This document shows, piece by piece, positions 46,801-54,500 of a DNA stretch of 64,000 nt; position 1 is the stretch's first letter, and each line of letters opens with the position of its first letter. The notes below the pieces were generated by a model. The model was not told the DNA's origin. It was given only the letters and a program-made list of their open reading frames with translations, and did not search any database. This DNA is from a virus (Duplodnaviria; Caudoviricetes), in the IMG/VR virus record IMGVR_UViG_3300014204_000181, positions 4,804-68,803 of that record. One strand, written 5' to 3'. Both the position numbers and the translations under genes were made by a program.

Positions 46801-48919
46801 CAAAAAGCAGGTTGCCTTCTTCCCGCGCGTGCGCGAGCAGGGCGACTACAAGATGACCGTCAACGAAATAATCTATAACGAAGAGGGCCTACCCGTAAAG
46901 GAACGGAAACTCTTCATGGGTATGTTTGACAACGAGAAGGAAGCGGCCAAGATGTACGCCGATGCCCTGGCAAGGTACGGTAAAAACGGCGCCCTGCCCG
47001 AGAATATCCGGATCAACGTAGAAAAGGCCACCAAGACGCCGGAATTTGCGTTCCAGGGGGTCAACGACATTAACATGCAGAAGGTCCTGGACAACGCGAT
47101 TGAAAGCATGCACGTCAGGGAAACGTTTAAAAACGACAAAGGTGAAACGATCAACGTCCAGGATTACCTCCGCGAGCTGGGATACCAGGCAATCGCCAAG
47201 CAGTTTCAGTCCCGCGGCTTCGGGCGTCACATGACACACCGCCAGGCTGGAGCCATTAAAGGTTACAAGGAATCGGACCTCCAACGGGTCCTGTTCAATT
47301 ATATGACTGGTATGGCCGGCATAATGACCAAGCAGGAATCCGCGGCAGACTTCCTCGAGCATATGAAAGAAGTCAGCAAAGAGAATAACCCCAAGATGTT
47401 CGAGGCGTTATCCAAGTACGGCCGCGACCAGCTCCGCAATGAAACGTCAGCGGATAAATTCAGTAACAAGATACGGGCCTTCATGTTTACCTGGTACCTG
47501 GGCGGGCTCCTTCGGCCGGCATTGATCCAGTTAACGCAGAATTTCGTTACCGCCATTCCGGAATTTTCCAAGTATTTAAGGAAGATAAACAGGGGCGGTG
47601 CCGGCGTAGCTGAAAAAGCGTATTCCAAGGCCATGAAGGACGTCGCTTTCAGAAATTACACTGAAATAGAAAAGCGCATGCAGGATCAGCTGTTTACGGA
47701 AGGTGTTACCGTCGACCAGTATATCAGGGAAATCTACGGCGCCATAGGTACCCGTGCGGAACAACGGTTTGAAAAGGTGCTCCGGTGGATGGCGGTACCA
47801 TTCTCCAAGATGGAAATGTTCAACCGCCAGTCTGCAGCATTAACCATGTTCCGGCCGGTCTACGAGCTCGCGCTGAAAGAGGGATCAACGGAAGATGAAG
47901 CATACGAGAAGGCCTTTGAAGCAGCCAGGAATTTCGTTTACGACACCCATTATGCCATGGGCAAGGCCAACCTGCCGCAGATTGCCCAGGGTGAGGGTAT
48001 AGGTACCGCGGTAAAGACGCTTTATACCTTTAAGTCCTTTACCCATAATTACGTCCTCGAAATGCGTCACAACCTGTCAGAAGGTGACTTCAAGACGGTA
48101 ATGCACTCCCTGGCTTACATTGCCCTATTCGGTGGCTTAATGGGATTACCCTTTATAAAGGACCTCTTCGAGTTTGCGGAAAAGCATTTTGGCTGGAGCT
48201 TTACCAAGTCCGTCCGTCAATCCTTGCGCGGGATCGGCGGTAAGACGTTGGAGAATTTCGGCATGAACGGATTGCCGGCACTCTTCGGAGCCAACCTGTC
48301 CGGTTCCCTGGCAATAGGTGTCCCGTTCATGGGTGAAGACTCCCTGGCTACCCTGGGCGGCGTTTATGAGGGCCAGTTGAAGAAAATGGGCCAGGCGGTA
48401 GAGGCTGCCGGCAGGAAGGACTATTACCGTGTCGCTACCAACATGGCTCCGGAATTTCTCCGGAATCCCCTGGTTGCCGCAGAGGAATCGGAAATAGGCC
48501 GAAAAGCGTTCGGTACTCCTGGCGTTTCGTCCACTACCCGCGGCCGCATGATATACGATGAAAACGGGAAGCCCCTGTCAATGTCTGCAGGACAGGCCGC
48601 ACTGAAAACAGTCGGATTTACTCCCACAGAAATAGCCCGTCAGCGTGAAAAGGATCAGATAGTCCGGCGCCAGGAAACCTATATCCAGGAATTGAAGACG
48701 GATGCCGGCGAAAAGTACCGGATCGCACGGTTGAATGGTGAGCCGAAAGCCCTGTCGAATATGATGAAGGACGTAAAGGAAATCAATACGAAGATAAAGG
48801 ATCGCGGTCTGGATGGTTTGGTTCCTCGCGCTACGGTACAGAAGATCATCGCAGCGTCGAAGGAATCACAAACTAAAAAGCAGATAAAGGAAGCCAGATA
48901 TAAACGGACGGAGTTATAA
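37862..48919 (+). CDS. Giant DarB-like polyvalent virion protein (zincin HExxH, N6-adenine MTase, strawberry-notch-type SF2 helicase)
   Basis: 3685 aa; HEGLH (39878), YEPTAGNG (40988) and NPPF (41177), GDQTGVGKGR (42431), DESH (42854), QALGRIFRKGQ (about 44100). Confidence 0.88.
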   Translation: MADDIIYPDDPPKSSGYFGIGGGETKLKYPDDVPEESGTLRRAIVDPLIGLVEGTVVGIPEAAVGLADIPTMGYAGKAVDTAGKALGIGGFKDIHEKFAQLKTPEFREAQQKVSEAKGFIPTVKTALENPSVIADIVAQSLPSAYGGSRLAMKGLGLIGKGVEEGLPAATNLRRAVVGGGIGEGLVTAGQNIEQVRQETPDQLLTPKQVGINVASGALTGLIGVMGGKLAQRLGMEDINTLFAGGKAGVVGDKELGIFKKVLYGAIQEGVFEELPQSMQEQAAQNLSLGKPIDESVVEQGALGMLAGFAQSTGAQVGGTILAKMRQQDPLSQEIDRQMKEVDPEGTTEAVPPVTPPVTPAATEPVIPVTEPETPEEQTVTPVEPAAPVTEPVTPVTPTVTEPVTPETPPGETLPLTEGEGGGIVPPPETPPPVTPPVTPPAVAAPEEETTPPPPVTPEPEKAVTPGEVPPEPPASVPGSRNWHTINELSMAELTDTEMERLADGTGPTEQETTDYNNWMKAREAAAGQANDVEQSGQVKARDIMERVKRKWAEQNPHISVASVAGHTSAVAMQLDGLDRPLKASAFINGLSSRLRVPNKYDFIGKLLDRIGVPVIIQEKGNAASGGIVTDACFAYPQDGSNPGRIVIDTKAMATSMDYGPGYGVAHINETFVHEGLHAIIRNSPNWRNSEKKLRDFLDSIIKHQATAPEEIKAYIQHIDKYQIDELITEALSDSKFAQWLDSIPAEGVRNPSKTLWGKLKDIIFRTLETFGLSKSKLDELNEILDDVLGGHVGAELQGTTPEEPVKPPAPTLPVPEAPQGWQRQNLSGKDIYASNDMKHAILVRHEEGVYELKTREAQEWKTVGKFKTLDEAIAATTPAPAEGEGGGGNKGVQIPQHEAIGPSNKINVVPLSKQLSTRMLDFQRANPEGTLDKNAIKSWMADIYKVTPAQLTALEKSGYYDHKAVEEAVEGAIVRYGYDMMNLSFSDAEKYKRIINMYNSQPNLAARTSESTIMQQYSTPLPIAFLMNRYLNLRGRYGRFYVYEPTAGNGMLLIGANPTSTHANEMDKGNRSAILRGLFPGMKVTNEDALTDAARPGRQPDRVIANPPFGKTAEQVIDGYKMTQKAHIIVARALNSMLDNGKAAFIMGGENFDKGDNLSLSMTDKIFYNWLYNNYKVTNNIDVSGELYGRQGTKYPVRLITVDGRKAKPGKGIPAYLNFFRAGTFDTLKDILEGRGDNARVEAKGEIVPAEGENAAGEGGKGGESNIQPPATVSGQGQVQGAGELPTGPGVELQPGETGRGEGPAGEGAGKNLGPGVGVERAGVSGGNRGASEGVVTTGEEQPATGGTAVDQAVKEFGELYMPYEAADEEKFYQEKAKPGLEKIAQSVVDEVGLDATNQDVLTKIKSIIGEKWEKAKRDVMRWLREEFEAFKQMIRDATIFQIPYKAKSKGPYGKTLVPKNQAYAMEQALDDIERKHGNIDDWVMKELAYPNREALYKAFAAEQIDALAMAIENINDKAGMILGDQTGVGKGRVVAGMIRWANQKGLVPIFVTEKPNLFSDMYRDLTAIDHKIKPFIMNNDVKANIVNQETGEVLISHGADGKGKLVYNGGRINWDRITENPQAYLAENNMKAIFTTYSQHQSGEFKNQDSILNRMAPNNILVLDESHNATGAADGSDSNTKVKFLSFLQHADGVLYSSATFAKTPHNMALYYRTALGDTGMQFFELVDAIVRGGNPLQEYISAALAKGGQYLRRELDFSGINYFKTPTMQNTDKTDPSYPELEKAFERDKSITDKSNNVVRQIMAFSNDFRGRANSSRLNALLAVRGYMIGQGTGPARLSATATNFASVVHNFNSQLLMSTKVDRTINETEKALKEGKKVVINLMNTMGSFLDDMVRLGMAEEGKPIEFTYRSVLERALRNSLRVTVKNGFGDKTRLMISPDELRQFMPAVYNEYVKALNMINTYDVKGLHASPIDYMLSELERISGKPVTELTNRDYTINYTDKDGKPIDTPILGRREAHTRDRQRAIRLFNTGKSDVIIINRAGSVGISLHASEDFSDQKPRRMLILQPNLDINIYMQALGRIFRKGQVVNPDYVYVTSDLPSEIRPAVILERKMSSLKANTTAKQKGAESRKEIPDMMNRYGNEITRAWLNRNKQVAIQLGIIQSQNQSIPTDTSTDYAAVAGKLTVLPVELQKDFYNEVENDYDSYIQELTAKGENELISKNYDYQAKIIDKSQIYQGLDPESPFSGNVYREVLQVRQLKKPFNMVKIKDLISKIIGTKSGQDYSTELFEKVKQSRTEYWQKWESKLAEKYENNTERMSRARQERQAYLNAEQETYRSLLNYMHIGDYYEIPLGEGSQENIRGVLTNIIWSPTTDSNPIQLSRLKFVFSVQDPVQTVVYNASQSWFRDEAYRLQKGIPVNWDSTLPTDRTEEKVVLTGNMLRAFNIMSHLPEIKFEMVNFSRENGVKEFGLVIARKHEDIIRQWDPQSLGREVAWQEAHVYLTDRTVDLERIVTSTNNEITIQSEFTTKRDKKDATSNNVLEYRVSVPASTQLGAKYFQDDALRSFVRNNNFRKMGNRMIANMDFDKLEGFMKALHDKFGMKFTLPRDTAQVTAPMPSFIPTNPDTQEEVLRAPFVASIKDFSDKFFDNPAEAVPDKFIKEEIRPFLKSQNDFKNVDKYASLPWWNAKKYPAWRRAFEIFGIQRPERRGTLTHGFAQIAEPFFRLEEVMRKAGKTSKEIADAKDRINRVIVTGDAQLGPYLKSLKRQVKGMAEGPLKDRLQARIDQLTRDNRYADDQLLKGIKDDRGNMVKLSQEEITVYKSVRQALDNMFDAYVDHLQSMAFRTWSKQKWYAVLLQAAGMDFNKTQTAQIVGAGLDKAAQLRALKIQPDIKRIFERVEQQIEKTPDADKIAAGEWFGKISDTMVAEIASLQKALSTLTGITDQAKLTSMSRQILAAYMMTRPQLKKIKTLRNLYKKQVAFFPRVREQGDYKMTVNEIIYNEEGLPVKERKLFMGMFDNEKEAAKMYADALARYGKNGALPENIRINVEKATKTPEFAFQGVNDINMQKVLDNAIESMHVRETFKNDKGETINVQDYLRELGYQAIAKQFQSRGFGRHMTHRQAGAIKGYKESDLQRVLFNYMTGMAGIMTKQESAADFLEHMKEVSKENNPKMFEALSKYGRDQLRNETSADKFSNKIRAFMFTWYLGGLLRPALIQLTQNFVTAIPEFSKYLRKINRGGAGVAEKAYSKAMKDVAFRNYTEIEKRMQDQLFTEGVTVDQYIREIYGAIGTRAEQRFEKVLRWMAVPFSKMEMFNRQSAALTMFRPVYELALKEGSTEDEAYEKAFEAARNFVYDTHYAMGKANLPQIAQGEGIGTAVKTLYTFKSFTHNYVLEMRHNLSEGDFKTVMHSLAYIALFGGLMGLPFIKDLFEFAEKHFGWSFTKSVRQSLRGIGGKTLENFGMNGLPALFGANLSGSLAIGVPFMGEDSLATLGGVYEGQLKKMGQAVEAAGRKDYYRVATNMAPEFLRNPLVAAEESEIGRKAFGTPGVSSTTRGRMIYDENGKPLSMSAGQAALKTVGFTPTEIARQREKDQIVRRQETYIQELKTDAGEKYRIARLNGEPKALSNMMKDVKEINTKIKDRGLDGLVPRATVQKIIAASKESQTKKQIKEARYKRTEL

Positions 48920-50146
48920 TATATTGCCGTAAAGCCGGCAATCTCCCTGTTTCCTCATTACTTTATGTACCAATTTGGGAAGGTTTTTATGTGTTAATTC
49001 CTTGACGGATGGAAGGTACTGATTTTCTACACACAGAGCAAAAACCTTCTGTAAGCATTCCAGTTGTTCCCTGTATTGCCAGGTGATATCGAGATAACTG
49101 GTATCAAAGAAGTTGTCAGCCAGGTCAGAATAATCCCCAGGGTACCAGCCCTTCTTCTTGCACATATCGCCCAGCACGGTACCTGGATAGGGCATGAAGA
49201 TGCTTACCCAGGAGTAGGCCGGTTTGCAGCGAATATTAAACTCTAAAGTTTCTAAATCTTCTTCTATGGTGGCTGTCGGCATGCCGATGATGTTCTGCAC
49301 CATGAGTTTGATTCCCCAGCCCTTGAGTAACCGGACGGCGCGCAGAACGTCTTCATGCCGGACATTCTTTCTGTTCATCATGTGCCGCAGTCGTTCGCTG
49401 GCTGATTCCAGGGCTATCCGGACGCTCATGCAGCCACTTTCGGCCAGGAGCTCCACCCGCTCTTCGTCTACCTGGGTAGGACGTAAATGACAATGGTAGG
49501 GCACATTGATATCCTTTCGATATTGCACGCTGAATTCCCTTAACCACTTCATGGATAACCCAAAGCAGCTGTCCTGGAAATAGACAAACTCCGGATCGAC
49601 TTCATTTATTTCTCTAATGACGTTATCGACCTTCCTGGTCTGGACCCTGGGGGTCCCAGGGAACAATTCAGCCCACTTCTGGTTGTAGCAGTAAGAGCAG
49701 TTATACGGGCATCCCCTGGTAGTAATGAAGTCCCGTATCTTCATGCCAGGGAAATCAACCCTGTCCGGATACGGGTATGCGTTAATATCAGGGAATTTGA
49801 GGCCTGTTTGCATTAAATCCGCTATTACCTGTTCAGCCTCCCCCTGGATTACAACATTTGCCCAATCGCAATCTGACTTAAAGAAGGTCGGATGCGGGCC
49901 GCCCACGATGGATTGGCAGATTACCCGCCGCCTTATTCGGGCGTTTAAGGCTTCAAACTTCCCCTGGTCGCCGGTCATGATACTATATCCGATAATGTCC
50001 GGCTTCCATTTCAGAGCTATTTCTTCGGCATGCTCGATATCGACTATCTTGCATGCTCCCCCAGCTTGTTTTACCACTGCCGACAGGTACATTACTCCCA
50101 GGTTTTCCATGACTTTTGATTTGCAGACGAGAAGGACACGTTTCAT
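48914..50146 (-). CDS. B12-binding radical SAM protein
   Basis: PDIIGYS...VGGPHPT cobalamin-binding domain; TTRGCPYNCSYC; GGAGG RBS before ATG 50146. Confidence 0.88.
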   Translation of the reverse strand: MKRVLLVCKSKVMENLGVMYLSAVVKQAGGACKIVDIEHAEEIALKWKPDIIGYSIMTGDQGKFEALNARIRRRVICQSIVGGPHPTFFKSDCDWANVVIQGEAEQVIADLMQTGLKFPDINAYPYPDRVDFPGMKIRDFITTRGCPYNCSYCYNQKWAELFPGTPRVQTRKVDNVIREINEVDPEFVYFQDSCFGLSMKWLREFSVQYRKDINVPYHCHLRPTQVDEERVELLAESGCMSVRIALESASERLRHMMNRKNVRHEDVLRAVRLLKGWGIKLMVQNIIGMPTATIEEDLETLEFNIRCKPAYSWVSIFMPYPGTVLGDMCKKKGWYPGDYSDLADNFFDTSYLDITWQYREQLECLQKVFALCVENQYLPSVKELTHKNLPKLVHKVMRKQGDCRLYGNIL

Positions 50147-50172
50147 ATTAACCTCCAAAAGTTACAATTTTA

Positions 50173-50201
50173 TTGACTTCGGTATGCTTAACTGGTAAAG
50201 T
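50173..50201 (+). promoter_or_regulatory. Sigma70-like promoter for the HTH gene
   Basis: TTGACT-17 nt-TAAAGT, 33 nt upstream of ATG 50235. Confidence 0.6.
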
Positions 50202-50234
50202 GTTTCTCCACTTTTGAGGGAGAACCTATAGTAA

Positions 50235-50537
50235 ATGAGAACCAATGGGACCAGCCTTACACTGGAAGAGCGCCAGGATATGATGGAGAAGATACTGGCG
50301 GTGGCCCAGGACAGGCTGTTGCAGCACAAACTTCGCGGCGTCAAATTCAAGCAGATTGCTACCGCTACAGGTTTGCCCAAAACCAGGGTGTCTGAAATAT
50401 TCAAACGGGTTTACATCAGCAAGAAGGCGCTTTCGCTTCTCATTGAGCATCAGTATCTTGATTTCACTGATATCGAGGCTGCCGGTCTGACGGATGCCCA
50501 GCTCGTGGCAGTGCGAGCATTTACTGGACAAGTTTAA
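50235..50537 (+). CDS. Helix-turn-helix transcriptional regulator
   Basis: FKQIATATGLPKTRVSEIFKR HTH pattern; only + strand gene in the right arm; has its own promoter. Confidence 0.65.
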   Translation: MRTNGTSLTLEERQDMMEKILAVAQDRLLQHKLRGVKFKQIATATGLPKTRVSEIFKRVYISKKALSLLIEHQYLDFTDIEAAGLTDAQLVAVRAFTGQV

Positions 50538-50946
50538 AGCCCCCCTTTGTTTCCAGCTTTTCCGTCATAAAATACTGAATGTCACAGAAACATTTTCCTT
50601 CGTGATTCAGTTTGGCGCCGCCTACCCAGGCATAAGGGGTAAAGTCGCCGTAATCAACATGAATGAAAAAGCCGTTGATCTGTGGGCTCCGTTCGTCCGT
50701 GTGCTCCCATATGGTAATACCCAGGTCGTCCTGCTGTTTTGAGATATCTTCCTTGTCTTTTGTGCAGTCGACACCCAGGCCGGAAAGCACCTGTGTCAAG
50801 GCTTCCTCGAGTAATGCGACAGCCCGCTGAATTGGTTCCACATGTAACTTCTGCTGTTGATCCATCCTGGCCAAAAGCTCGTCTTCGGAAATCTCATAAC
50901 GGGATGTCTTGACGTGTTTCATATCTAAGGGATTGGGCTTGCTCAT
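50521..50946 (-). CDS. Hypothetical protein
   Basis: 141 aa, GGAGG RBS. Confidence 0.7.
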   Translation of the reverse strand: MSKPNPLDMKHVKTSRYEISEDELLARMDQQQKLHVEPIQRAVALLEEALTQVLSGLGVDCTKDKEDISKQQDDLGITIWEHTDERSPQINGFFIHVDYGDFTPYAWVGGAKLNHEGKCFCDIQYFMTEKLETKGGFKLVQ

Positions 50947-50969
50947 GTTACTTTACCTCCGATGATTTC

Positions 50970-51065
50970 TTAATGATTAGGCATTATACTTGTTCCTATT
51001 GCGATCCCGATACACAGCCACATCCACCAGGGACCAACGAACGCTTGAGCAATAAATGCTTCCAT
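50970..51065 (-). CDS. 31-aa hydrophobic micro-protein
   Basis: MEAFIAQAFVGPWWMWLCIGIAIGTSIMPNH; GGAGG RBS; TAATG overlap with the methyltransferase stop. Confidence 0.5.
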   Translation of the reverse strand: MEAFIAQAFVGPWWMWLCIGIAIGTSIMPNH

Positions 51066-52273
51066 TATATTACCTCCAATTCCGGCATGGGAATAATAAA
51101 CTTCCCCTTCCATTTCTTGATGTAGCTTAACTGTTTGGTAATTTCCCGCCGCAGGTTCCAGGGCAGTATCAAAACGTAATCCGGCGCAATCTGGCATAAT
51201 TCATCTTCTGTAGTAATCCGGATATGGCTACCAGGTAAATACTTGCCCTGCTTCTGTGGTGAGATATCCACGACAAACGGAATCGTATCAGACTTGATTC
51301 CGCAGTAATTAAGTAAGGTATTCCCTTTGGCCGCGGCTCCGTAAGCAACCACTACCTTATCGCAAGGTATGTCATAAAGACGCTGCATCAGTCTTCTCCG
51401 GATACCTTCAACCTTGTTCTGCATACCTTCGTAGTATTCAATAAAGTCCATGCCCAGGGTTTTTTCTTTCTGCAAAACCTCTTCCACGTACTTTGTAACT
51501 TTTCGTTTCCCACCTTCATGCTGTGCATATATCCGTAACGATCCACCATGGGTAAACAACTCGTCGACGTCAAACACCTGCATACCGTGAAACTCGAACA
51601 TGTTCATTACAACGCCCAGTGAATAATAAAAGTAATGCTCATGGTAAATGGTATCAAACAGGCAGTCTTCCATCAAGCGCAACAAGTGCGGAAACTCCAT
51701 CGTAATAATTCCGGACGGCTTAAGGCATATCCGCATGCCCTTGATGAAGTCGTTGATATTAGGCACGTGAGCGAAAACATTGATCCCCAGGACAAGATCG
51801 AAGAACGGCAGCGTCTTAGCCAGTTTGGATGTAAAGAATTTCGGGATAGCGAATATCCCCTTCTTGTTTGCTTCGGCTACTGCCTGGGCCGCTGGATCAA
51901 TGCCAATACAGGGTATCCGTCGTTCAACAAAGTGCTGCAGGAGATACCCGTCGTTGGACCCTATCTCGAGCACGTTACTTTCAATATTCAGCCCGTACTT
52001 ATGGATCATCAGCTGAACGTATTTCTTCGCATGCTCTACCCATGACGATGAATGCGAAGAATGATAAGCATAATTATTGACGAAGATTTCCGCGGCCGGT
52101 TTGTATTCCGGCACCTGGACAAGCATGCATTTAGTGCATACGAATACTTTCAGCGGGTAGTATATTTCCGCATCTTCCAACTGCTCTCGAGTAAGCAGTG
52201 AATTGGATGGCGGCTGGTGCCCCAGGTCAAGCATTTCAAAGGTTAACTCTGCTCCGCAAAATTTACAATTCAC
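51065..52273 (-). CDS. NDP-hexose C-methyltransferase (Zn-binding + SAM + C-terminal domains)
   Basis: CKFC...LDLGHQPPSN...CTKCMLVQ, EIGSNDG, IYHEHY, YGAAAKGNTLLNYCG. Confidence 0.9.
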   Translation of the reverse strand: MNCKFCGAELTFEMLDLGHQPPSNSLLTREQLEDAEIYYPLKVFVCTKCMLVQVPEYKPAAEIFVNNYAYHSSHSSSWVEHAKKYVQLMIHKYGLNIESNVLEIGSNDGYLLQHFVERRIPCIGIDPAAQAVAEANKKGIFAIPKFFTSKLAKTLPFFDLVLGINVFAHVPNINDFIKGMRICLKPSGIITMEFPHLLRLMEDCLFDTIYHEHYFYYSLGVVMNMFEFHGMQVFDVDELFTHGGSLRIYAQHEGGKRKVTKYVEEVLQKEKTLGMDFIEYYEGMQNKVEGIRRRLMQRLYDIPCDKVVVAYGAAAKGNTLLNYCGIKSDTIPFVVDISPQKQGKYLPGSHIRITTEDELCQIAPDYVLILPWNLRREITKQLSYIKKWKGKFIIPMPELEVI

Positions 52274-52282
52274 GCTTCCCTC

Positions 52283-53308
52283 CTAACCCTGATTACAGTA
52301 ACTGTTTATCTGCTCGTTCGTCAACACCATGCCGTCATAGAAGTGCTTATACCAGTACATTGCTGTCCGGACGGCCGTTCTCATGGTCCATTGCGGCGTC
52401 CATCCCAGCTTCTTTCTGGCTTCCGTACTGTCGATCTTAAGTAGCTGCACCATACTCGGGTGCGTTTCCTGTTCTTTGACGATAAACTTGACTTCCGGCC
52501 ATACCTGCTGGGCTTCCTTGAGCACATCCAGGACGGTCATTTCACCAACGGGCCCGAAATTCCAATTCCTGGCAATCTCCTGCTCTCCGTTCATTAATCT
52601 GGCTCCCAGCATCAGGTATCCGCACAGGGGTTCAAGCACATGCTGCCAGGGACGGGTAGCGTTCGGCGTATGGATTTCCACTTCCTGGCCGGCAATCGTC
52701 GCCCGCACAATATCCGGAATCAGGCGTGCATACGCCCAGTCACCGCCGCCGATAACATTACCCGCTCGAGCGGTAGCAATCATGGGAAGAAACTGTGAGC
52801 GATAGCATTCGATAACATGCTCAACGCATACCTTTGATGCCGAATACGGGTCCAGGCCGCCCAGCTCGTCGTTTTCCCTGTAGCCCCAGCCCCATTCCTT
52901 GTTGGCATATACCTTGTCCGTCGTAATCATAACAATCACGGGCGGCTTTTCGACGTTCCGGCATGCCTCGAGCAGATGAACGGCGCCCATAACATTGCTT
53001 TCGAATGTTTCCAGGGGTTCATGGAACGTTCGTGCTACAATGGCGTTTGCCGCAAGGTGAAAGACGATATCCGGCTTCCAGTGCTCGATCATGTTATAAT
53101 TCTCCTGGATATTGCCGTGCTTTTCAGTCACCCTGCTACACAGGCCCAGGATATCGTAATGGTTCGGCTCCGTGTGCGGTTTCCTGGACAGGCCATAGAC
53201 GTCGGCGCCCAGGTTGACTAACCACTGGCATAGCCAGCTCCCCTTGAATCCCGTGTGTCCTGTTACCAATACCTTCTTGTCCTTGTACGCGTTTACCAGA
53301 TTTTCCAT
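52283..53308 (-). CDS. rfbG: CDP-glucose 4,6-dehydratase
   Basis: VLVTGHTGFKGSWL, ITTDKVY, DPYSASK, RAGNVIGGGDW, RPWQHVLEPL. Confidence 0.95.
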   Translation of the reverse strand: MENLVNAYKDKKVLVTGHTGFKGSWLCQWLVNLGADVYGLSRKPHTEPNHYDILGLCSRVTEKHGNIQENYNMIEHWKPDIVFHLAANAIVARTFHEPLETFESNVMGAVHLLEACRNVEKPPVIVMITTDKVYANKEWGWGYRENDELGGLDPYSASKVCVEHVIECYRSQFLPMIATARAGNVIGGGDWAYARLIPDIVRATIAGQEVEIHTPNATRPWQHVLEPLCGYLMLGARLMNGEQEIARNWNFGPVGEMTVLDVLKEAQQVWPEVKFIVKEQETHPSMVQLLKIDSTEARKKLGWTPQWTMRTAVRTAMYWYKHFYDGMVLTNEQINSYCNQG

Positions 53309-54075
53309 TCAGCTCTCCCTTCTCTCCATAGTTTGTTAAGCTCATGCATTTCGGGTAATGTGTCCATGCATCCCCAGTAACCGGCATGCGGGTGTACCAT
53401 CAACTGCCCGTCAGCGGCCAGCTTGTCCAGCACGCCGATTTCCAGGTCACAATCGTCGCCATTGTGCAGATAATCGAATATCTTCTGATTGAATACGAAG
53501 AAGCCCCCGTTAACCATCTGCTGGTTGTTCTCTGGCTTTTCGGAAAACGAAGTCACCATCCAGCTGTCATGTTTGATTTCACCAAATCGCGGCTTCGGGT
53601 GAATGCCGGTAACTGTAGCAATCTTACCATGATGTAAGTGAAAGTCCAGTAATCGCTGCATATTGACGTTACCAACACCGTCGCCATATGTGACAAAGAA
53701 GTTTTCCGCGCATGATACATACTTCCTGATCCTGTTCAACCTGGCGCCCTTTAACGTCTTCTCGCCGGTATCGGACAGAGTTACTTTCCATTCCGGATTG
53801 TCTTCCTTCCACCAGTGCTCGTAAAACTGGCCCTTCTCTACGGTAATATCATTGTTGATTACCGCGTAGTGAGCGAAGTAATTCTTGAATACCTCCTGCT
53901 TGTAGCCCAATGCCAGGACAAAATCACGTACACCGTAATGGTAATACAGCCGCATAATGTGCCATACCATGGGCTTGCCGCCAATCGGGATCATGGGTTT
54001 GGGAACAAACTCCGTCGCTTCCTGGAGCCTGGTACCGGTACCGCCGCATAGGATAACTGCCGGAATGTCTTTCAC
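53293..54075 (-). CDS. rfbF: Glucose-1-phosphate cytidylyltransferase
   Basis: VILCGGTGTRL, PKPMIPIGG, TYGDGV, VNGGFFVF, GYWGCMDT; adjacent to rfbG. Confidence 0.95.
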   Translation of the reverse strand: MKDIPAVILCGGTGTRLQEATEFVPKPMIPIGGKPMVWHIMRLYYHYGVRDFVLALGYKQEVFKNYFAHYAVINNDITVEKGQFYEHWWKEDNPEWKVTLSDTGEKTLKGARLNRIRKYVSCAENFFVTYGDGVGNVNMQRLLDFHLHHGKIATVTGIHPKPRFGEIKHDSWMVTSFSEKPENNQQMVNGGFFVFNQKIFDYLHNGDDCDLEIGVLDKLAADGQLMVHPHAGYWGCMDTLPEMHELNKLWREGRAEWKIW

Positions 54076-54083
54076 TGGTCCTC

Positions 54084-54500
54084 CTATTTAGATTTGATCT
54101 TCTCAAGGGCTTGCTTGAGATATTCAGAAATATTATTATGATGTGCGTATGATTCAGCCATCCGTTGCGCCTTTTCCAACGCCTCCCGCGCCGTGGTGAG
54201 GTGGGCTTCATATTTCTGCTTGCAAGTCATACAGGCATCGGTGGCATATTCTTGCGTTGCTTCCAGTTCCGCAACCCTCGCCTCGGCTTTATCTGCCCTC
54301 GCAATCAACTTCTTATACATCGTATATTTCATGGGATTACTTGGACTAAGGATGATGTTTAGTTCCTCTATTTTCCCCTCCCGCTCTTCAAGGGCGGTCA
54401 GGAGGTATAGATAATCACCCAGTTCCATGTGGAATGTGGCGTCTGATGTTTCTTGCTCTGATGGTTCATACTTCTTTTTTATCTCTTCAATCCTGTTCAC
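54084..54500 (-). CDS. Mosaic small protein (VNRIEE family, copy A)
   Basis: GTG start in the AAGGAGGCCACGGTGAA cassette; LLTALEEREGKIE. Confidence 0.65.
   Translation of the reverse strand: MNRIEEIKKKYEPSEQETSDATFHMELGDYLYLLTALEEREGKIEELNIILSPSNPMKYTMYKKLIARADKAEARVAELEATQEYATDACMTCKQKYEAHLTTAREALEKAQRMAESYAHHNNISEYLKQALEKIKSK

Noticed and set aside
48914-48919. Terminator between the convergent giant-protein and rSAM genes
   Set aside because: The two stops share the palindrome TTATAA with no intergenic space; the nearby ATTGCCG/CGGCAAT hairpin lies inside coding sequence.
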